A stretch of 64,000 bases of DNA, taken from positions 92,845 to 156,844 of the forward strand of contig CAZFPK010000001.1 of assembly GCA_964521025.1 (NCBI GenBank), in the 5' to 3' direction. The position numbers were made by a program, and so were the translations under genes. Positions 21,224 to 30,804 of the stretch are shown piece after piece. Under the pieces are notes generated by a model. The model worked only from the letters and a program-made list of their open reading frames with translations. It was not told the DNA's origin and did no database searches. Origin of the DNA: an uncultured Candidatus Cloacimonadota bacterium. GTDB lineage: Bacteria; Cloacimonadota; Cloacimonadia; Cloacimonadales; TCS61. Position 1 is the first letter of the stretch; each line of letters opens with the position of its first letter.

Positions 21224-22602
21224 TATTTACCTCCGATATTGACTTTACATTTGATGGCTGGTCCGCCCATTCCAACCGGGATCATCTGCTTTTTCCCGCA
21301 CATTCCGCCGCAACTCCAAACCATATCATCCGAAATCATAGTTACAGTTTTCAAAACATCGAAGGCAATTCCGCTGATAGTCGTATCTTTGATCGCTTTC
21401 CCGAGTTTTCCGTTTTTAATTTCATATCCCTGCACAATTCCGAACATAAATTCGCTGGTAGAATCTGCCTGTCCGTTGGAAGATTTCATCAGATAATAGC
21501 CGTTGTCGATGGAAGCGATCATATCTTCTAGTTTGTCTTTCCCGGGAATAAAAGCAGTATTTCTCATCCTGACGAGCGGTTCGTCAGAAAAAGTATAAGC
21601 ACGCGCATTTCCGGTCAATTCCATCTGAAAATGATTCGCATATTCTTTGGTGTTCAGATATTTTTTAAGAATTCCATTTTCGATGATAACCGCATCTTCC
21701 GCTTTGGTTCCTTCATCATCGATAAAGAGCGGAACCGGACACAATTTTCCATCATAATGATTGGCAAAATCTACGAGATTTACCATCTCTGACGCAACTT
21801 TCTGATTGAGAAAATCTCCGGCAACAGAACCACCTTTGACGATATCCGCTTCGGTTGTATGACCGATCGCTTCGTGTGCTAGAATTCCCGCCAGATCAGC
21901 ATCGAGAATACAATTGTGAATTCCTGCTTCCGCATAAACTCCTTCCGATTTTTTGATGAGATGTTCATACTGCTCACCGAGTTGGGGGAAAAGTTTCTTT
22001 GGATCGTCAAAATTGTCCTCGAACTGTCCTAAACCGCCGTAAACTTTATAAAGTTCATAAGGTTGTCCGTCTTTCTCGACTGTCATCGTTACATAACTGA
22101 TCGTTCTGGGGATCATTGAAAAAGAAGTCGAACCGTCGGAAGTGAGCAGCAATTTCTCCATATCGAGACACGCCATAACAACCGTTCTGGAAGTCAGTTT
22201 CGTGAATTTCTCTTTGATGTAATCATCGATTTTCTGCATGAATTCAATTATCTCTTTCTGCGATTTTTTCGGTTTAGTCGTAGTGAAATCATTTTCCGAA
22301 CTGCCTTTTCGGTTAGGAAGTTCCGGTTTTTTCCGGTCTTCTTTGGAACTGATAAATTTCGCATTTTTGGTTGCAGATGCAATCACCTGCTTGATAGTTT
22401 CCTTCTCAAGTTCCGGATTGGAAGCAAAACCCCAGAATCCGTCCTTGTAAACACGTGCAGAAACTCCACCAGTAGCGGTTCTGCTGTTACTCATAATGTC
22501 GCCGTTGACCATCGTGATTCGAATATCCCGATTTTCCTGAACGCGCAGTTCAGTGTATTCGGTGAAATACTTCGAATACTTGCTTAAGTCTTTTAGAATC
22601 AT
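21223..22602 (-). CDS. tldD: TldD metalloprotease
   Basis: HEAIGH, DDEG, GNAR, RMRNT, CGK. Confidence 0.92.
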   Translation of the reverse strand: MILKDLSKYSKYFTEYTELRVQENRDIRITMVNGDIMSNSRTATGGVSARVYKDGFWGFASNPELEKETIKQVIASATKNAKFISSKEDRKKPELPNRKGSSENDFTTTKPKKSQKEIIEFMQKIDDYIKEKFTKLTSRTVVMACLDMEKLLLTSDGSTSFSMIPRTISYVTMTVEKDGQPYELYKVYGGLGQFEDNFDDPKKLFPQLGEQYEHLIKKSEGVYAEAGIHNCILDADLAGILAHEAIGHTTEADIVKGGSVAGDFLNQKVASEMVNLVDFANHYDGKLCPVPLFIDDEGTKAEDAVIIENGILKKYLNTKEYANHFQMELTGNARAYTFSDEPLVRMRNTAFIPGKDKLEDMIASIDNGYYLMKSSNGQADSTSEFMFGIVQGYEIKNGKLGKAIKDTTISGIAFDVLKTVTMISDDMVWSCGGMCGKKQMIPVGMGGPAIKCKVNIGGK

Positions 22603-22943
22603 AGTTCTATCTCCTTTTATTTTTTATCCACGAATTACACTAATTTCACTAATTTAATTAACAACGAACAAAACGAACATTGAAAAACCTTGAAAAAGTT
22701 TATAAGAATTCACTTCCTGCTTAACTTTTTCAAATGTTTCCTCGCAAATTTGTGAAGTCTATAAAAGACTTACCGAATTTTATCATTTCTTTTAATTCTC
22801 TGATAAACTTCACAAGTTTTGAAAACTTGGTAAGTTTCATTTTCCAACCATTGAAAATGACTTAATCACCTTCGGTGATTTTAGAAAAAATTCCGCTGGT
22901 AGAGTCCGTTTTCAAGGTTTCTCGAAATTGAAATTTCGAGTTA
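22603..22943. repeat. Composite palindromic spacer (modules F-D-B-E-C)
   Basis: CACGAATT module; ACCTTGAAAAAGTT..AACTTTTTTCAA; TTTGTGAAGTCT..AAACTTCACAAG..CTTGGTAAGTTT; AACCATTGAAAA..TTTTCAAGGTT; CTCGAAAT..ATTTCGAGTTA. Confidence 0.85.
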
Positions 22944-24986
22944 TTTCTCAAACTCATCCAGCGGTTCATTCAATTCTTCCGTGCCGGGAACAACGAATCT
23001 ACCATCTCTGATTATATCGATTTTCTCTCCATCTTTGGTGATGGCAGAAATAAAATCCAAATCTTCATACGGAAGCGTGATATCTGTATGACAGTTCGTG
23101 TATGCCTGCTGGATATCGGTTTTCCGCAAAGCACTTTTTTCGTTCTCGCGAGCCGTTATCTCTTTGTTATCGATGGGATTATACACTTTAAAATCCTCTT
23201 CCCAGCTGAAACAGGTATCGCCAATTGCAAAATGTGGTCCCATTTTTTCAACAATCAAAACCGGCAGGATCGGGAGAATATCAAATTTTCTTGCCATAAC
23301 ATAAGCCTGCGTGTTCGTTCCGATAGCAAATTCTCCGAGTGGAAGAATTTTATGCGGGAAGAGCAGGTTTTCCTGGATGTATTTTTTGTTCTGTTCCGCA
23401 TCTTCAAAGTTTTTGCAGTCATATTCGGAAACATAACCTTCTTTGAAGGTCAGTTTCAGATCTGTGAATTTCAGTTGTTTGAGGAAAGTTTCTTTCAAAT
23501 GTAAAATTCCATTTGTTCCCTTTAATTGCGGGGAAGTAAAAACTTCTCCCACGGGGATATTCACATCTGCACCGCAATTCACGAAATTCGTGTGTTTGGA
23601 CGGATCTTCCAACTTCTGCATCTTCACTTTTATGTCCGTCAGATTCCCGCCTTTTCCTTTGATATGAACATAATCCGCCAGATCGAGAACATCGACAATC
23701 TTCTGCTGGATTTCTTCGTGATGAATTGTGTCGATCATATTCAAAGCAAGAGTATCCTCGAAAATCTTCTCGAAATTTTCTCCGATTTCCGGACTCGGGA
23801 AACCGATGATACAAAAACTGGTCTTGGAACGGGAAATGTATCGATCGAGGATTTTACTGCGTTCGATATTCATCTTCTGCATTAATTTCTGCTGCTGGGG
23901 AGAGAGTTTCAAACAAGCGTCTTTCTGTTTGGGATCGAATGGTTTTTCACCGAATTTATCGAAATAAAACGGACCTGCGAATTTCAATAATTCCTCCCGG
24001 CATTTTTCCGCAGCATTTTTGATCACATCTGTCTGCTTTTCCACGAATTCTTCATCCAGGAAAAGTGCTCCCGGAAAGCGATGATCGTAAGTGTATTGGC
24101 GATTGGGAGGAGTCGTATAAACAGTGTTAAGAAGTGCTTTCAATTTGTTATTCTCCAATTCCATGACCAGCGCGCGAGCCAGTTTTTCCTGCCCGATATT
24201 GTAATGAACATTTACAGTTTCCTTTTGGGAAATGTCTTTGCGAGCCAGTTCATAACCGCGGATGAATGCTTTCACCATGGCTGCTGCCAATTCCCGAATT
24301 TTCTCTTCAGGATAATGAAGGAAAAATTCGGCAGTTTTAATCTCATTTTCCGTAATGGTTTTCCCATATTGATACAAATATCGCAAATCGGAAAGGTCAG
24401 AATTCATTAAAAGAGATTGAAATCCAGGATATTCCAAACTATAAAATTCTAGAAAACGAAAAACCTGATCGTCGATAGTTGGATTTTTGTGGATTTTTGT
24501 GGAGATATCGATGTATGGTTTTTTATCTCGAATTCTCTCTTTCATAAGTTCATAAAATTCGAGGAAATTGGTGTTCCATTTTTCCATCATAAAACGCTGA
24601 TTTTTGATGGAAAGAGATAGGAAAATCCTGAATTGGAGATAGAAATTGGAGAAAATCACTCCGAGTTCTTTGCCGAAAACTTTTACCGCATACTCCGGAT
24701 TAGCAAAACTTCTCTCGTAATTTTGAGGAAGGATTTCAGAAAAATAATTCAGGTTGAATTCTTTTAATTCTCCCAGCGTTTTTTCCTGGTAATATTTGTT
24801 GGAAAATTCTCTTTCAAGTTCGCTCAATACAATGATTCTGTCGGCAATTGTGAAAGCGAATTCCATAAACTTATCTTCCGATTCTCTGGTTTCTTCCCTG
24901 ATTTTTCTGATTTTTTGAAGATTCTGTTGAAAACTCTCATCGATTTGTTTATTTCTCTTTTGGAGAAGTTCTTCGTAATTTACCAT
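22941..24986 (-). CDS. M29 (thermophilic metalloprotease) aminopeptidase with long N-terminal extension
   Basis: NIPVGEVFTSP, GEFAIGTN, EKMGPHFAIGD, HTDITLP. Confidence 0.85.
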   Translation of the reverse strand: MVNYEELLQKRNKQIDESFQQNLQKIRKIREETRESEDKFMEFAFTIADRIIVLSELEREFSNKYYQEKTLGELKEFNLNYFSEILPQNYERSFANPEYAVKVFGKELGVIFSNFYLQFRIFLSLSIKNQRFMMEKWNTNFLEFYELMKERIRDKKPYIDISTKIHKNPTIDDQVFRFLEFYSLEYPGFQSLLMNSDLSDLRYLYQYGKTITENEIKTAEFFLHYPEEKIRELAAAMVKAFIRGYELARKDISQKETVNVHYNIGQEKLARALVMELENNKLKALLNTVYTTPPNRQYTYDHRFPGALFLDEEFVEKQTDVIKNAAEKCREELLKFAGPFYFDKFGEKPFDPKQKDACLKLSPQQQKLMQKMNIERSKILDRYISRSKTSFCIIGFPSPEIGENFEKIFEDTLALNMIDTIHHEEIQQKIVDVLDLADYVHIKGKGGNLTDIKVKMQKLEDPSKHTNFVNCGADVNIPVGEVFTSPQLKGTNGILHLKETFLKQLKFTDLKLTFKEGYVSEYDCKNFEDAEQNKKYIQENLLFPHKILPLGEFAIGTNTQAYVMARKFDILPILPVLIVEKMGPHFAIGDTCFSWEEDFKVYNPIDNKEITARENEKSALRKTDIQQAYTNCHTDITLPYEDLDFISAITKDGEKIDIIRDGRFVVPGTEELNEPLDEFEK

Positions 24987-25280
24987 TTTTCCCCCTTGTT
25001 TATTTCAAAGATTCAACGATTACCCATCACCAATCTGCAAATTATGTACCAGATGCTGTGATGTTATAAACCGTTTTATATTCATCTTTTGTTACAATAT
25101 TTTCAATTTACTATTTATCAAAATGATAATTTCTTTTAAACGAGATTTATCAAATTTTCATCCTATTTACTTTGAAAAAGTTACTCTCAATCAATCTTTC
25201 TTATTAACTCTTTCAAGGTTAGATCTTACGAACTCTAAAAGAGTCAATTGAGAGAGAATTTGGAAGAGACTTTTTCAGAG

Positions 25281-25886
25281 TTACATAAAAACTCGCATCA
25301 TCATTTTGGTTGCTTTGCGCAAAAAGTCTTTGGAAACATCTTCCCTATTATATTTTGTGTGCATATTGATGTAGAGATTATTGAGGAAATAATTCACTGC
25401 AATTTTCGATTCGATTTCTGAGAAAATACTTCCATCCTCGATTCCCTTTTTCATAATTTCGGAAAACAATTTTAGTTTTTTCTTACTTGATTTTTCAAAT
25501 TCCTGCTCTCGTTTCTGGTTGGAATCACAAAGTTTGATACCTTTATCATGCACATATTTTAACAGTGAAAAGTAGATAGAATTTTGACTGAAAAAGTTGT
25601 TGTATGATTTCGCTGCTGCGAGAAGTTTATCGTATCCTTTTTCTTTGGATTCTGCGGCTTTTTTGATTAGTTCGAAACTGCGGTTCCAACCTCTCATATA
25701 AACTGCTAACAGGATTTCTTCTTTGCATGAAAAATATTTGTATAAAGTCGGTTTTGTATAGTCGGATTCGGAAGCGATATCCTCCATTTTTGTGCTTTCA
25801 AAACCGTTTTCTAAAAAGAGTTTTTCAGCGGCTTCTATGATCAGGTTTTCCCTGAATTCAATTTCTTTTTCCTTACGGGAAACCAT
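25281..25886 (-). CDS. TetR/AcrR family regulator
   Basis: AAEKLFLENGFESTKMEDIA..TKPTLYKYFSCKEE. Confidence 0.92.
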   Translation of the reverse strand: MVSRKEKEIEFRENLIIEAAEKLFLENGFESTKMEDIASESDYTKPTLYKYFSCKEEILLAVYMRGWNRSFELIKKAAESKEKGYDKLLAAAKSYNNFFSQNSIYFSLLKYVHDKGIKLCDSNQKREQEFEKSSKKKLKLFSEIMKKGIEDGSIFSEIESKIAVNYFLNNLYINMHTKYNREDVSKDFLRKATKMMMRVFM

Positions 25887-26028
25887 TAGTTACTCCTTAT
25901 TATTTTATTTAACTTTGGGTCAAATATTTTTTAATGAAGTAAATGTCAAGTTTTTTGTGTTTTTTATTTGACACTGATACTCTTGTTATCAACTTTGATT
26001 TTGATATATAAATATCAGGAGGTTACAG

Positions 26029-26409
26029 ATGGGATTAATCAAAACCAAGATTATTTTAAAGAATCCAAAAAAGGAAGAACTGGAAGAGATGGAAGTTGAT
26101 ACACTTGTTCATTCCGGTGCTTTACATTTGTATATTCCTGAAAAAATTGCTATTCAGTTGAATTTAGATGAACTTTATAAACGAGAAGTTGTTACGGCTG
26201 ACGGTAAAGAGCATTTGTGTTCTTATGTAGGACCTATCGAAGTAAAATTCGAGAATAGAGGATGTTTTACCGGTGCTTTAGTTTTGGGAGATGAAGTTTT
26301 GCTGGGAGTAGTTCCAATGGAAGACATGGATGTTCTAATTTCACCTGCCGAACAGAAACTTATTGTAAATCCGGAAAGTCCAAATATTGCTTCTTCCATT
26401 GTTAAATGA
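26029..26409 (+). CDS. Clan AA aspartic-protease-like protein; usual DTG/DSG motif appears as HSG
   Basis: LVHSGA, TADG, YVGP, LLGVVPMEDMD. Confidence 0.75.
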   Translation: MGLIKTKIILKNPKKEELEEMEVDTLVHSGALHLYIPEKIAIQLNLDELYKREVVTADGKEHLCSYVGPIEVKFENRGCFTGALVLGDEVLLGVVPMEDMDVLISPAEQKLIVNPESPNIASSIVK

Positions 26410-26547
26410 GATGAAGAGTGAACCTTGAATAAGTTTATAAGATAATTCATCTCGCTGAACTTTTTCTGTAGTTTCAACTTCTAACTGTTGAAAAGGATTA
26501 ATCTCCTATGGAGATTTTTACACGAATTCCACTGGCAGAATCCGTTC

Positions 26548-28146
26548 TCAAGGTTTTCCCAACTCCAGAGTTTCCGAGGATAGTTTTTCCTGCAGATAAC
26601 GGTCATGAGAAACGAAGATGATTGTTCCATTGAATTTTATGAGAGCATTTTCCAACGCTTCTCTGGCTGATATTTCCAGATGATTCGTCGGTTCATCGAG
26701 AAGCAGCACATTAGCATCGGAAACAATGATCTTTGCCAGAGCAGTTTTGCTTTTTTCTCCGATACTTAAACTTCTAATTTTCTGATATACTTTATCTTTC
26801 CGGATATTCAAGCATCCGAGAATTGTCCTCGCTTCAGAATGAATTTCGTTATTTCCTTGAATGACCTCCTCGATGATGGAATTATTCTCATTCAGATTCT
26901 CAAACTCCTGCGAATAATAACCGATTTTGGCTTGCGGATTCCAGGAAAAAGAACCATCAAAATCGGTAATTTCTCCAATCAGGATTTTCAAAAGAGTCGT
27001 TTTACCGCTACCGTTTACTCCATTTATTACTAATCTTGAATGATTGGGAACAGAAAAGAAGAGACTTTTGAAAACATTATTCGCATCAAACGATTTTCCC
27101 AAATTTTCAACTTTCAGGATAAACCTGCTTTTCAAATCAGAATCGTGAATTTGGATTTTCCTTTTTTTCTCGATGAAAGGTTTGCTCGATTCCTCTTTCT
27201 CGATTTCTTTTCGAATCCTTGTTTCGATGTTCTTTGCTCTTTTCATCGCACTTTTTGCCGGATTCGTGATTTTCTCATAGACCGGAGCATAACCTTCTTT
27301 TCCGGTTTGCGATTGATGGGAAAATGCCCAAGTTTTTCGCTGTGAAAGAGTTTTCTTCAATTGTTTTATCTTTTTCTGCTGCACTTCAAATCTATGCATT
27401 TTCCTGTTGAATTCAGTTGCTTTTTCATACTTGTAAAAGGAATAATTCCCGGAATAAGTTTGAATCGTTTTGTTCTCCAACTCCCAGATTTCTTTCACGC
27501 AGTAATCCAGAAATCTGCGGTCATGGCTGATAACGAGAAACGGAATGGAAATCTTCTGCAGATAGGATTCGAGCCAGTTCAGAGTTTTGATATCGAGATG
27601 ATTTGTCGGTTCATCCAGAAGTAGAATATCTGGTTCATTTAGCATAATTCGACAGAAAGCGATTTTGGTTTTCTCACCTCCACTTAAACTGGAAAGAGGA
27701 CGGGTCAACATTTCCTCTTCGAGTTCAAATTGAGAGAGAGTTTTTTCAAACCTGTATTCAAATTTATATCCGCGATTTTTCTCGAAGTCAGAGTAAATTT
27801 GAACAACTTCCTGTTCGGAAAAATCCTGCAGATTTTTCATCTTCCTTTTTAACTCAAAAAGTATTGGATTAACTTTCCAGAGAAAATCAGAAACAGAAAT
27901 ATTTTCCGAAAGGTCTATCTCCTGGGGAAGAAATCCAGAAACCAGGTCTTTCCTGAAATAAATATTCCCGGAAATTGGCTGAATTTCTTCTTTCAACATT
28001 TTAAGAATCGTAGTTTTCCCGCAGCCGTTATTCCCGATCAAACCGACACGACTGGAATTTACCATCTCGAAAGATACATCTTCCAGGATATTTTCGGATT
28101 GAGTTTCGTAACAGAAACTGATGTTATTTGTTTTGATGTATAGCAT
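26548..28146 (-). CDS. ABC-F ATPase, probable ribosomal protection type
   Basis: Two NBDs (GNNGCGKT, GVNGSGKT; LDEPTNHLD/E), no TM segments, extended interdomain linker ending AKSAMKRAK. Confidence 0.88.
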   Translation of the reverse strand: MLYIKTNNISFCYETQSENILEDVSFEMVNSSRVGLIGNNGCGKTTILKMLKEEIQPISGNIYFRKDLVSGFLPQEIDLSENISVSDFLWKVNPILFELKRKMKNLQDFSEQEVVQIYSDFEKNRGYKFEYRFEKTLSQFELEEEMLTRPLSSLSGGEKTKIAFCRIMLNEPDILLLDEPTNHLDIKTLNWLESYLQKISIPFLVISHDRRFLDYCVKEIWELENKTIQTYSGNYSFYKYEKATEFNRKMHRFEVQQKKIKQLKKTLSQRKTWAFSHQSQTGKEGYAPVYEKITNPAKSAMKRAKNIETRIRKEIEKEESSKPFIEKKRKIQIHDSDLKSRFILKVENLGKSFDANNVFKSLFFSVPNHSRLVINGVNGSGKTTLLKILIGEITDFDGSFSWNPQAKIGYYSQEFENLNENNSIIEEVIQGNNEIHSEARTILGCLNIRKDKVYQKIRSLSIGEKSKTALAKIIVSDANVLLLDEPTNHLEISAREALENALIKFNGTIIFVSHDRYLQEKLSSETLELGKP

Positions 28147-28554
28147 TTAATTTCTTTTTTTTGAACGACAAATTATTAGCAACGAACACACTGAAACTTG
28201 AGTTAAGTTCGGCTTTAGCCGAATCTTGACTTAAGTTGACAATGTTTTATTTGTGAAGTCTGCAAAGACTAACCAAAAGTTTTTATCCCTCTTTTACAAA
28301 CTTCACAAGTTTCAAAAACTTGGTAAGTTTCAGTTCTAACCGTTGAAAAGGACTTAATCTCCTGTGTAGATTAAAAAAAGAATTCCGCCAATAGAATATT
28401 TTTTAAGATTACTGCTTTCCAAACTCTGAAAGAGTCGAATGAAAGAAAATTTGAAAGAGACTTTTTCAGAGTTATTATCTCGAAATCGGAATTTCGAATT
28501 ACTGTATCACAATCATTCTTAATTGTATTTTTTTAAACAGGGATTTTTGAGTTA
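28147..28554. repeat. Composite palindromic spacer (F-A-B-E-H-C-G)
   Basis: A 28194-28240, B 28249-28330, E 28338-28410, H 28422-28474, C 28479-28502, G to 28554. Confidence 0.88.
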
Positions 28555-29286
28555 CAATTGATGCATCATCCAGACATTCGGTTCGAAGTAAATCCCCTCT
28601 ATATCATCAAAGACCACTAGACTCAACGCACCGGGAATTATGTATTTTCCTGATTCAGGAAATTTCATTCCTGTCCAACTTTCCCAATCCGCATGAGAGC
28701 CTGATATTTTCATTGCTTGGGAACATACTTTAATTATTTTTCCACCAAGTGTTTCGTGAACTCGCAGCCAGGGATCGAAAAGTTTCCCATCTTCTCTTTT
28801 CCATGAAATATATTTTTGCATATCAATGAGCGGATAATCTTTTTTCAATGTCGGACGAACAGGAACCAGAAGTTTTTCAAAATTTTTCTTCTTCCCTATT
28901 TCCATCATTGCTTTTATCATTTCCGTGCTGATCCCTTTTCCTTGATATTTTGGACTGATCGTGATCGACATCGCACAAAGAAAGTTCGGTTTTATCTTAT
29001 TTTCTTTATCTTTGAATCCTTTTTGCAATGCCCAATCCCAGCCATTTTCAGGAAGATTTTCAAGTTTATTATTCCAGAAAATCGGGATCGAGTTTCCGCT
29101 TCCAACCATTTCATTTCCTTCCATAAGCCAGTATTGATATTCCGGGAAATCATCATAAAGTCTGATAAAATATTCATCTGCGACAGCATCGTTCAGCATA
29201 AATTCAGGCCAGACTTCGATGACTAATTCATCGCCTTTTTCGATCAAGTCTTCTTGTTCGAGAGTTGTTACTACTTTGTATTTCAT
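28552..29286 (-). CDS. GNAT family acetyltransferase
   Basis: ISPKYQGKGIS, PVRPT, DPWLRVH. Confidence 0.85.
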   Translation of the reverse strand: MKYKVVTTLEQEDLIEKGDELVIEVWPEFMLNDAVADEYFIRLYDDFPEYQYWLMEGNEMVGSGNSIPIFWNNKLENLPENGWDWALQKGFKDKENKIKPNFLCAMSITISPKYQGKGISTEMIKAMMEIGKKKNFEKLLVPVRPTLKKDYPLIDMQKYISWKREDGKLFDPWLRVHETLGGKIIKVCSQAMKISGSHADWESWTGMKFPESGKYIIPGALSLVVFDDIEGIYFEPNVWMMHQL

Positions 29287-29558
29287 TTTATTTCCTTCCT
29301 ATCACGGCGTAGTTCTGAACAAAGCCGGATTTTTTTGAATCACTAATTATAACGAATTTTCACGAATATAAACTTTGAAAAAGTCTCTCTCATTCATTCA
29401 TCCTGATTGTGCATCTCTCAAACAGGAATGCTTGAGTTACATCCTGTTAATTCAGCCTGATTTTTTCTCCTTGCTCTCTGTATTCTCTGTGATTAACATT
29501 TGAAAAGTAGTTAATCTCCTGTGTAGATTAAAAAGAATTCCGCTGACAGAATCCGTTT

Positions 29559-30356
29559 TCAAGGTTTCTTCGCAACTAAAATATAACTCAATGGCAATTT
29601 CAAATCTGATTTCTGTAAATATTCATAAATCACTCCGTAATCTCTCTCATATTCATTGAATAACTTCAATTGAAATCCACTAGAAATAATTCCATTAATC
29701 AAATCGGAAACCGTATGAGAAAATTCGTAAGCCGAAGCAGAATCATATTTGGTTAAGCCGTAATAATCGATTCCATCTTTCCCGACATAAATCTCATTGT
29801 CGAAGTAATTATGTATGATTTTTACTTCTCCGTCGAATTCATTATCATACGGCAGAACATTATTGAAAGGATGGATTTCGTATATGAAGAGAATTCCGTT
29901 TTGTGTAAGAAGTTGCGATGCTTTCCGGAAATATCCATTCAAATCCGGAATCCAGGCTAATGCTCCAACTGTGATGTAAACCAGGTCGAATTTATCGTTA
30001 TATTTTTCCGGAATATCGAACACATCCGTTCTAACGAATTCACAATCGATTTCGAATTTTTTTGCTCTTTTCATCGCATCTTTTATTGCTTCATCAGAAA
30101 TATCGAAACCGACACATTTTGCTGCTCCCATTCTTTTGAGAGACATTAGTTCGACGCCGTTATTGCAGGATAAATGTGCGATATTCTTCCCTTTGATCCC
30201 AATTTTATTTAGTTCCTCCAATTCTTCATTTTTCTGAAAGATGAAATCCGGATTGGAAAACATCTTATCCCACTTATTATCCATCACTTTGCGATGTTTG
30301 GGCATTGCCTGATTCCAGGCTTTTCGATTTGCTTCGGTGTATTTTTTGGTTTCCAT
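29559..30356 (-). CDS. Class I SAM-dependent methyltransferase
   Basis: HLSCNNG, GFDIS, FDLVY..GALAWIPDL, YEIHP. Confidence 0.88.
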   Translation of the reverse strand: METKKYTEANRKAWNQAMPKHRKVMDNKWDKMFSNPDFIFQKNEELEELNKIGIKGKNIAHLSCNNGVELMSLKRMGAAKCVGFDISDEAIKDAMKRAKKFEIDCEFVRTDVFDIPEKYNDKFDLVYITVGALAWIPDLNGYFRKASQLLTQNGILFIYEIHPFNNVLPYDNEFDGEVKIIHNYFDNEIYVGKDGIDYYGLTKYDSASAYEFSHTVSDLINGIISSGFQLKLFNEYERDYGVIYEYLQKSDLKLPLSYILVAKKP

Positions 30357-30804
30357 TACTTATCCTTTTTTTCAACGAACAAAACAACCGACTAACAATC
30401 AGAATCTTGATTTTGGAGTGCATCAATTATTTTGCTGCAAAACGACGGAGTCGTTTCCCCACAGAATGCAATTCTGTGCTTCTCTGACCTTGAAAAAGTT
30501 TTTTAGTATTCACAACAAAAATCTTTGAAGGAGATTACAGAACTTTTTCAACGGTTTCTATCTAAATTTGTGAAGTCTTTGAGACTTACCAAATTTTGAA
30601 GATATAAAACTTCACAAGTTTCGGAAACTTGGTAAGTTTTCTCGAAATCGGAATTTCGAGTTACATTCCAAACCTTGAAAAAGTTTATAAGTATTCTCTT
30701 CCTGCCATACTTTTTCAATGGTTTTCCCATATCATCGATTTCCAACCATTGAAAAGGACAAATGAAAGAATTCCTCCGGTAGAATCCGTCTTCAAGGTTT
30801 TTAA
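30357..30804. repeat. Composite palindromic spacer (F-D-B-C-D-E)
   Basis: D 30488-30557, B 30565-30640, C 30641-30664, D 30672-30725, E 30744-30800. Confidence 0.85.

Noticed and set aside
30305-30745. Small ORFs of 60-65 aa in the spacer
   Set aside because: Overlap the methyltransferase start or translate palindromic repeat modules; no RBS or motifs
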